From: Andalucia godoyi And28
Taxonomy: Eukaryota; Protista; Jakobida
Length of the DNA stretch: 64,000 nucleotides
Assembly (NCBI GenBank): GCA_009859145.1
Contig: VRVR01000026.1
Coordinates: 62,001 to 126,000, forward strand
Direction: 5' to 3'
The notes beneath the pieces were generated by a model, which saw only the letters and a list, made by a program, of their open reading frames with translations, had not been told where the DNA came from and ran no database searches. Of this stretch, positions 56,413 to 64,000 are shown piece after piece. Each line of letters opens with the position of its first letter. The stretch's first letter is position 1. Both the position numbers and the translations under genes were made by a program.

Positions 56413-56596
56413 GGGGACGGGGACGGGCACGAGGGCAGGGACGGAGACGGGGACGCGAAGCAAAACAAATACGAATCGCACGACACAAAACAGCCTCTGC
56501 AAGAGATACTCGTAGTCACCACGCAAGTACGCCCAGAAGGAACGAGCGCGCGCACGAACGAGCGAAGCGAGCAAGAAGGAAATAATAAAGAAAAGT

Positions 56597-57259
56597 TTAC
56601 AGAACAATGCGGTATGTGACGTATTTTCCGGCGGTTTCCGAGTCGCGGATGATCTTGACAACGTCGCCTCTTCGAAGGCCAAAGTACCGGCTTACAGGAT
56701 CGACGACCTGCATTCTAGGGAGCTGAGAGTCTTTGAGTTTGTATCTCTTGAGCAGCGTAGCCTTCTGCTCGATGCTCAGAGGCTCGTGTTTGGGAACGAG
56801 TTCATGGTGCGTAATGTTGACAAGCAGTTCCGACTCGGTGAACGTCTCAAATGTCATGTTCTTATCTGCAGCCCACACGGCCATCGCATTTCGAACTTGT
56901 GCAGTCAGTGGCTTCGAAATCACAAACACCGCTCGCTGCACTCCCCCTTGCTCCATCTGCGACGCGTAATTCTTGAACATTTCCACCGAAAGCTCTCCAG
57001 GACTTCTTGTCGTTGACTCGGAATCCGGGAAAAACACGTTCAGCTTCTCGGACTCATCCGTCATGCGGAACGTGACAATCAAAAGCCGGCCACGCGAGAT
57101 TCGGCGCACATCCGCTGCAATCGACTCTGAAAACTCGGCCGAAAACTGCTCTTTCGACATGCTGATTTGTTCGTCTTCAACTGCATACCCACGGTCTCGA
57201 AGCATCTCAAGACATGTTCGCCGAATGCGACGGAACCGCGAAATATCGTTCTCAAACAT
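56597..57259 (-). CDS. RPB5: RNA polymerase I/II/III common subunit RPB5
   Basis: RRTCLEMLRDRGY, ELLVNITHHELVPKHEPL, QLPRMQVVDPVSRYFGL...VVKIIRDSETAGKYVTYRIV. ATG at 57259. Confidence 0.97.
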   Translation of the reverse strand: MFENDISRFRRIRRTCLEMLRDRGYAVEDEQISMSKEQFSAEFSESIAADVRRISRGRLLIVTFRMTDESEKLNVFFPDSESTTRSPGELSVEMFKNYASQMEQGGVQRAVFVISKPLTAQVRNAMAVWAADKNMTFETFTESELLVNITHHELVPKHEPLSIEQKATLLKRYKLKDSQLPRMQVVDPVSRYFGLRRGDVVKIIRDSETAGKYVTYRIVL

Positions 57260-57774
57260 TCTCAACCAGAGACGTGCACCGAAGACCACGAAAATTGAAA
57301 AAACACGAAATAGAATAAATACAGACTGAAAAAAATGAAAAGGAAAAACTTTCCTTGGCTTTTTCAATTGGCAGAAAAGGGCGAAGTCATACGAGTCGGG
57401 GATTGTATTACGACAGGTTGCATGCATCGCCACAATGCTCTCTGAGCCTCGAGCCCCGTGCATCCCGGAACCTCCCCGGCGTTGCGGCAGGCAGGGAAAT
57501 ATCACGGGAGTCGGGGGCAGCGGCTTGTTTAGAAACGAACAGCACACGAGAGAAGAGTAAATGAGCATTTTGAGGAAATGCAGGTAGCAGAACGAGGGAA
57601 TGACACACACACACACACACAACACACACAGACCAGAAATAATAAACATAAACATAAAAATAAAATCCAAATCTGATGGATACGCAGTATTTATTTGACC
57701 TTCGGGAGGGAAAAAAACAACAATAATAAAATGGACGCGATTACTGATACGAGATTGCTGCACTTCCAGTGTTG

Positions 57775-59526
57775 TTACAGAGAAGAATGTGCTGATGGAG
57801 ACGGCGGCAGGTTTCCGTTCGCAGAAGCTGGTGAGGATGCAGAAGAGCTCCGGACAGCCGCAAAGGACGGCGGTGCGGCAGAAGAAAGACTACTGATGTG
57901 GCCCAGCAGCTGCGAGGAAGGCACCATGTGTCCAAATGATGGAATTGCAGAAGACAAGAACGGTTGCAATGTCACAGTGGGAGAGCCAACTGCTGGATAA
58001 TATACAGAGTGTGCAGGTGTGCTCACGTGGGGCATCGTAGTTGTTGTGGGGGAAGGAAGAATCGGCGCGGGAGTTGCAAATGCTCCAAGCGATTGCGAAT
58101 GAGCCGCAGCTGCAAGAGAAGCACTCGAGATTGTTGCCGAAGTAGAAGAATTGGATATGGGCACGTTCGATGACGACGATGACGAGGAGGAGGAGGAGGA
58201 GGAGGAGGAGGAAGAGAAAAAAGAGGAGGATGCGGAAGAGGATGGCTGGATCGCTGCTAGCGAGCCAGATATCCCTGAAGAAGACGTGTTGTCGGGGAAT
58301 GGGAACGGCTCGACTTGACCAGTGCGCTGACTTCGCATCTTGGTTCTGTATCTCTTCTTATTCGTCGCCTCATTCGGGGTCTTTTTCCGCGAAACCACAC
58401 GGAAATCATTCGAAACGAACGATATGGAAATAAAAGGAGGCTTCTGGTGATCGTGAGGAGGGTCCGCGGTAACGGAAACTCGGAACCGGACTGAGCTGTG
58501 GCCCGTGGAAAAGTCTAATCGAATTGCGGTGAGCACGACAACATTTCCTTGTGCTGCCGGATCGTACGCAAAGGCAAGATGCGACGCACCGAGCTTGGTT
58601 CGTGGAGAATACAACGTCACATCCAATGCACGAGACGGGTGGTCGCAGTCCACAACGTCAACTGTGATGGTGGACTTGACCTGATTCAGCGGTCTCAACA
58701 TCGGAATTCGGAACGAATGGATAAACTGCCGATAGACAGGAGACGGAATCCGAGAATACCACAACGTCTGAGAATTGATGCGGCCGCGCTGCCACTGGAT
58801 GCTCAAGAATCGAACCGGGAAATCATCCGAAATGCACTCCCACAGATTCTCTGAACTTCCCAAGCTCACTTCCGGCGCAGACGACGAAGCTGCCGTTGAC
58901 AGTTGCGGGTGCAACTGAGAAGCTGGCAACATTGACAAAGATGAGGAAGACGACGACGATGAGGATGAGGATACTGCGGCTGACGATGATGAGGGCAATG
59001 AAGCAGACTGTACCAAAGATGACGAGGCAGCACTTGAATTACCGCTGAGGGGAGGTAAACCGGAAGCAGCGATTGCATTCGCGGACAAGGATTCATGATC
59101 TGCTTCTAAAGAGATCGCATGCTGCTGTTGGAGCTGATGGTGATGGTGACAGTGATTGCTCTCATCTTCCATGTCGTCGTCGTCGTCTTCTTGCAAATCC
59201 TCTTCACCGTCGTGATCTGCATCTGCAAGCATCGACATTGAACTCTCAACCACCAAACCCGAATGCGAAAATAAGTTCGGAACTGCAGAAAACGTGCCAA
59301 AACTTGATTGGGAGGGTTGCAAATGATCGTCACTCGAGCCCGCGGATTCCGCATCCGTCGGAATCAGCGACTGGTCTCCACTGTGATGCACGCTTGCAGA
59401 CTGTACATGATTACTGTGCCTGCTGGCTGAAGAAGAAAAGGAAATTGCGGAAGGCACAGACGGAGGCGCAGCATTCGGCGATGCTTGCTGGACAATTCGG
59501 AATGCAGACGGCGCATCCACAGCCAT
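57775..59526 (-). CDS. Ser-rich protein with central Ig-like domain, possibly a CudA/NDT80-like transcription factor
   Basis: Globular core ending VRFRVSV...FVSNDFRVVSRKK, then a basic NLS-like KKRYRTK, flanked by poly-S/H/Q tracts. Confidence 0.6.
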   Translation of the reverse strand: MAVDAPSAFRIVQQASPNAAPPSVPSAISFSSSASRHSNHVQSASVHHSGDQSLIPTDAESAGSSDDHLQPSQSSFGTFSAVPNLFSHSGLVVESSMSMLADADHDGEEDLQEDDDDDMEDESNHCHHHHQLQQQHAISLEADHESLSANAIAASGLPPLSGNSSAASSSLVQSASLPSSSSAAVSSSSSSSSSSSLSMLPASQLHPQLSTAASSSAPEVSLGSSENLWECISDDFPVRFLSIQWQRGRINSQTLWYSRIPSPVYRQFIHSFRIPMLRPLNQVKSTITVDVVDCDHPSRALDVTLYSPRTKLGASHLAFAYDPAAQGNVVVLTAIRLDFSTGHSSVRFRVSVTADPPHDHQKPPFISISFVSNDFRVVSRKKTPNEATNKKRYRTKMRSQRTGQVEPFPFPDNTSSSGISGSLAAIQPSSSASSSFFSSSSSSSSSSSSSSSSNVPISNSSTSATISSASLAAAAHSQSLGAFATPAPILPSPTTTTMPHVSTPAHSVYYPAVGSPTVTLQPFLSSAIPSFGHMVPSSQLLGHISSLSSAAPPSFAAVRSSSASSPASANGNLPPSPSAHSSL

Positions 59527-60028
59527 TTCCTATTACTTTGCGCTCTGTGGACGTCGACAAACTCCGGTTTTTTTCTTTTCTATTTTTTTTTTTTTTTTTT
59601 TTTGTCGTCGTCGTCGTTGCTATTATATTACAAAGTGCTTAATGGACGCCGTGCCTCGTTCTTTTTGTTCTCTTCGTTTTTGCGTCAAAAGATCTTTTGC
59701 ATAATTTCTGGTTTTTCTCAAGCAAACACCGACATTTGAAATGAACTGAGAATGGCATTGGTTTTGTTCTGCTGTTCTTGTTTCGAAACTTCCGATCTTT
59801 GGGGGTTTTGTGCTTTATTTGTACAAAGCTTCCCGCTTCCCCGAAGTCCGAAGTTCCCGTAAACACGGGCGTAGATGCGTCAATGTCTCTGCAGGAGTTG
59901 ACAGCCGTCGACCTCCGACGGAAGGTGGCATTTATCATTATTTTTAATTTTTTAATTTTTACTACTTACCTTTTTTTTTTTTTGCTTTTGCTTTTGTTTT
60001 GTTGTTGTTGCAAGACGAAGAGGATCGA

Positions 60029-62392
60029 TCACAAGTCTTCGTTCTTGATGAACTCGCGCTCAAGACGGCCAGAGGCTGCATTGAAGCCCCATTGAGACTG
60101 TCGCCGACCGAACGGCCAACGCTTTGCAAATGCAGAGTATCTGCCATCCTGGCCGCAGCAGTCCACCAGCGTTTCGGCATCTGCAACGGAACCCGAAACA
60201 AGGAACTGGGCAGCCAGAACTTCCGTATCGGAGACAGGCGAAGTGTGGATGTCGGTGTAGGAAACGAGCTGCATGTTGTCGTACAAAAGGTATTCGCAGT
60301 ATCTGTGGGTGTCCAAAGGAGCAGAGTCCAAGAGGCCGGCGTTCCGGAGATTCGTGTATGGAACGCCTTGCATGGTGGACGTAATGTAAGAAAGAAACAC
60401 AATCTTCTCTCCACGCTCCTCGGCCAACATCACACGACGCGACATTTCCTCGCTTTGAAGCTTGAGATCCAGGACGTCCTCCGTGTTTCCAAAGTGGGTC
60501 AAGAAGACGCGAACATGGACGCCGCGCACGTCAATAAGAGCTTCAATCGCGGGAGCAATCTCACCCTCCGGAGAGGGAAGGACAAATTCGTCGTACTCAA
60601 TAAAAGGATACTTTGAATACAATTCGTTTCCGAATGAGGACAGCCTCGGATTTGGACCATGCAGGCCGTACATTCCCAGACGCTTCGAAAGGTGCTCCGT
60701 AGAATCACGGTTCGCGGAGTGCACACGGCAGTGCTCCGTTTCGATCAAACCCACCACATCAGCATCTACTGCGCGAATCATCTTTTCGATGTTGTCGTAC
60801 GAGTACGAGCCAGCATCATCCATGGCCCAACGGACATTCCAGACCATTGTCGTAAGAACATTCTGGCCTGACGGATGTGGCGGCGGCACGGGCACGTGCG
60901 GCACGGACCAGTACACGGAATACGCAGACGAAAACACTACGCCGAACACCAAAATGCATGCACAAACCTGGCGAACAAAGTCTGCATACTTCGGTGATGG
61001 CTTCCTGGAAATAAAGTTGAGCGCATCTTGCACTGCCCCAGTGAATGCATGGCTGGCATGCTGGTAGGAGCAAGAGAATGAACGAATGTCCAGCGCAGCA
61101 ATGGCAGCGGAAGAAGCCGAGTGCAACGGATACAACAACCAGGCTGCAAGAGTGATCGGAACCCACGGGCATTCGCGAAGCAAATAGCCTCCTGGAACAA
61201 ATTTGTAAACAGACGAGTAAACGCCCATCAACATGCATGCCAAGTTGACAAACATCGCAGTGAAGAAGAAGATGCCGTGACGATTCACAGATGCCACACA
61301 TCGTTCAACGGCATATGGCCACACTGAAATCAAGTAGAACATGACGGGGACAGAACACAGCAGAGTGCAAATTCCATTGGGGACCCAATGGAAGAGAGTG
61401 GCGGGAATCGCGCACATGCAAAGATACCACGCAGTCAAGCCGGCGGAAGCGGTCGATGTCTTGGGGAAGCCACCGGGAGATACAGGAGACGGAGAAGACA
61501 TCGGGGCAGTGGGGCTTCCACTGCCAACAGAAGCAGAAGCAGAAGCGCCGGACGAGAAAGGGTTCACGGGAAGCAGTGGTGCAAGGCATGCAAGCAAGAG
61601 GACAATTCCAGAATACGGATCCACAGGCAATGCAGCCGATCGAGGATGCACTGCAGTCTCTGTTGCAAAGAACGATGTAAGATACAGCAGGGAGCCGAAA
61701 GCGGCGCCAAGAACGACAGATGATTGTGGAGAGGACACAACGGGCAACGATCCCGCAGAAGAGTGCAAGATTGAGCTGAACACGGTCGATTCTGCACCAC
61801 ACAGCAGCGCTCCAAAGCCAAAAATCAGTACCAATGCTGCGCCTCCCTTGGACACGTAAATGGGGGACAGCGATCCGTTCATTCTTCTCAATAGAAGCGT
61901 GATGATGAGGCCCATCACGATCGAATCGGTGGCCATCGCACGCTTATTGCGGTCCGAAACCAAAAATGCGGCTGCAAATCGATGGTAAAGAAGAGCAGCA
62001 AGCGCAATGGCAACTGTAACAAGCTTCGTTTCTGGCGTCCCGATGAACGGGGCAATGAATCCAAACACACCAATCATGAGCAGAACATGTTGTCTTGACA
62101 AAACCAGCTTTCGCACGGAGGAAAGCGACAGCGCAAACAAAGAAAGCGGGGACAAGAGAAACACTTCATATCCAGAAAAGTCCATCTGGACAACCGCAAA
62201 GAACCAAACAAGAGAAATCACTTCAGTGAACAACGTCCACATCATCGTCGATGCAAAGAGATCCAGCAAGAACCCAGCGCGCAACGCAGCGGCCGCGGAT
62301 CCGGTCGAACCAATGGACGCAGAAGAAGACGACGACGACGACAACGATATTGCAGCAGCAGAAGACATTCCAGCAGAGAAGACAGGGTCCAT
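60029..62392 (-). CDS. CWH43: CWH43/PGAP2-interacting GPI remodelling protein
   Basis: Many TM helices followed by an EEP-like domain: WNVRWAMDDAG, DADVVGLIETE, SKRLGMY...GPNP, LPSPEGEIAPAI, THFGNTED. Confidence 0.88.
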   Translation of the reverse strand: MDPVFSAGMSSAAAISLSSSSSSSASIGSTGSAAAALRAGFLLDLFASTMMWTLFTEVISLVWFFAVVQMDFSGYEVFLLSPLSLFALSLSSVRKLVLSRQHVLLMIGVFGFIAPFIGTPETKLVTVAIALAALLYHRFAAAFLVSDRNKRAMATDSIVMGLIITLLLRRMNGSLSPIYVSKGGAALVLIFGFGALLCGAESTVFSSILHSSAGSLPVVSSPQSSVVLGAAFGSLLYLTSFFATETAVHPRSAALPVDPYSGIVLLLACLAPLLPVNPFSSGASASASVGSGSPTAPMSSPSPVSPGGFPKTSTASAGLTAWYLCMCAIPATLFHWVPNGICTLLCSVPVMFYLISVWPYAVERCVASVNRHGIFFFTAMFVNLACMLMGVYSSVYKFVPGGYLLRECPWVPITLAAWLLYPLHSASSAAIAALDIRSFSCSYQHASHAFTGAVQDALNFISRKPSPKYADFVRQVCACILVFGVVFSSAYSVYWSVPHVPVPPPHPSGQNVLTTMVWNVRWAMDDAGSYSYDNIEKMIRAVDADVVGLIETEHCRVHSANRDSTEHLSKRLGMYGLHGPNPRLSSFGNELYSKYPFIEYDEFVLPSPEGEIAPAIEALIDVRGVHVRVFLTHFGNTEDVLDLKLQSEEMSRRVMLAEERGEKIVFLSYITSTMQGVPYTNLRNAGLLDSAPLDTHRYCEYLLYDNMQLVSYTDIHTSPVSDTEVLAAQFLVSGSVADAETLVDCCGQDGRYSAFAKRWPFGRRQSQWGFNAASGRLEREFIKNEDL

Positions 62393-63185
62393 ATAAAGAT
62401 TTCAAAAGATCAAATGGAAACTTGTGAAGAACAACACCCCACACAACAACACCTTCCAAGAGCAAACGTATTCAAAAAGAAGAAGAAGGGGGGAAACTAC
62501 CTCTACGTGAGGGGAGAGAAAGGACACAATGAAGAAACTCCCACTCTCGGGCTTTCAAACAAAACAAAAAACAAAAAAAAAGGAAATAAAGAGGAAATAA
62601 ACGAAAGAGAAAGCAGCACATGAAAAAATAACCAAAGGAAGAAAAAAACCAGAAAAAACCAAAGCCGAGACACGTGTGTGCATGCGTGTGTGAGTGGGGG
62701 AAGAGAGAGAGTGTGTGGCTCGGGTTCGCGGGAAAACTTTTTTCTTTTTTATTAATTTTCATAGGGATGACTACAGTAGATGTGTGTTGCATCAGCAACA
62801 ACGCTCTCGAGCATCACGCGAGGCACCGCTTTCACTTACAGAGCCGTCGACACGGGTCGAATTTCGGCACACGTCTTTTTCTCGCCGCATCTTTTTTTCA
62901 ATTTTGGGGTTTGCCGCACAATTGTGAATTGGGGATTTGTGGCAATAATAAAATGACCTTACCTGCACGAACCTCAAGAAGCTTACAATGCAGGATCCTC
63001 TCTTATTATTGCTACTGATTTACTGCGTTTTCATCTCTTTATTTTCTTATTTATGGTTTGTGTTTGTGTTTATATAATAATAATAATAATAATAATAATT
63101 GTTTTTAATTTCTTTTTTTGACTCTTCCTGCATATTCACGTTCTGTTTGTTGGGGATCTGAGGCTGGAAGGGAAGAGAAAGGAGA

Positions 63186-64000
63186 ATGGACGGAGTGAAG
63201 GAACGGGCGCTGCAGTGCAAGATTCTGATCATGAAGAACTACACGCTTCTTTGGCGTCGCAAGTTTTCGACGCTGTTGCAACTTGTGTTTCCTTCGTTTA
63301 CGATTCTGCTGCTGTTTCTGTTTGCGCTGGGCATTGATCGGACGTACCCAGCCATCAAGAACCCTCCAATGGAGCAGCTCTCGTACTTGTACCCGTGCAA
63401 AGAAGGCCCGCAAGGATCGTGCTGCAAGCTTGTGTATGGTCCTGATGCGCCGTTTTCGACGGATCTGATGGTCTCGGTTGCATCGTCGCTTGGGTATGGA
63501 TCCATTGGGAATGTCTATCAAGGGTCCGGGACTCCGTCGTCGTCAAACATTAATGTCTTGGTCGGCTCGGACAACATGCAGAACATGTATGACTGGCTTC
63601 TGGGCAATGAAAACAGAACCACGGTTGCAGTCTGGTTCAATTCACGGACGTCCTACACGGTATTTTTCAATTCCACCTGGGAGTCGCCTTACGAAATGAT
63701 TCAGCAACCGTTGATGGTGCAGAGAGGAATCGACGAGGCGATCATTCGGAATGTTACGCAGACGCTGGATTTCCAGCTCAGGCAAGGTTACCGGGCTTTC
63801 CCGTCGCTCGAGGTGAAGCTGCAGGGCCAGGCAATCATCTCCGCCTTCTATGGTGCCCCGTTCTTCTACCTGTCGGTTGCGTTTTCGCTGATCTCCTTGA
63901 TGAACTCCATTGTGAGCGAGAAGGAGGAACGGCTTCGATTCGGCATGAAAATTATGGGTCTCAAGGACTCTGTCTACTGGTGGACTTGGTTGTGGCACGT
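63186..64000 (+). CDS. ABCA-family transporter, 5' part (runs off the window)
   Basis: The frame is open from ATG 63186 to the window end: KILIMKNYTLLWRRK..LLQLVFP ... IVSEKEERLRFGMKIMGLKDSVYWWTW. It is missing from the ORF track because it has no stop inside the window. Confidence 0.9.
   Translation, partial: MDGVKERALQCKILIMKNYTLLWRRKFSTLLQLVFPSFTILLLFLFALGIDRTYPAIKNPPMEQLSYLYPCKEGPQGSCCKLVYGPDAPFSTDLMVSVASSLGYGSIGNVYQGSGTPSSSNINVLVGSDNMQNMYDWLLGNENRTTVAVWFNSRTSYTVFFNSTWESPYEMIQQPLMVQRGIDEAIIRNVTQTLDFQLRQGYRAFPSLEVKLQGQAIISAFYGAPFFYLSVAFSLISLMNSIVSEKEERLRFGMKIMGLKDSVYWWTWLWH

Overview
Gene-dense, intron-poor eukaryotic nuclear DNA, probably from a flagellated protist (it has KATNAL2; the taxon cannot be fixed from sequence alone). 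Standard genetic code, about 30 protein-coding genes, and only five supportable GT-AG introns. Coding regions are near 50% GC and separated by AT-rich, microsatellite-rich spacers. Recognisable genes: KNL2/Mis18BP1, QCR6, NOP10, a PMCA-type Ca2+ ATPase, cytochrome c, SulP, UTP12, p47, MATE, SDR, RNase HII, DGK, two ABCA transporters, KATNAL2, IMPase, RPB5 and CWH43. The most notable signal is non-genic: a Fanzor2/TnpB 3'-end fragment at about 50260-50460 (Zn-ribbon, D-x-D-x-NGARNI, GVGTYPL) running straight into two strong hairpins, as expected for an omegaRNA scaffold. A second, more decayed putative copy at about 5450-6080 shares nucleotide motifs with it. Also seen: a 175-bp inverted dispersed repeat (43004-43177 and 54703-54879), a multiply frameshifted gulonolactone-oxidase-like gene, a bacterial-type RNase HII with its DE/GRG motif changed to DG/GTG, a bacterial-like SnoaL gene, a processive GT2 synthase and a six-IQ neuromodulin-like protein. 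No tRNA, rRNA or CRISPR array was found. All family assignments are from remembered motifs; no database search was run.
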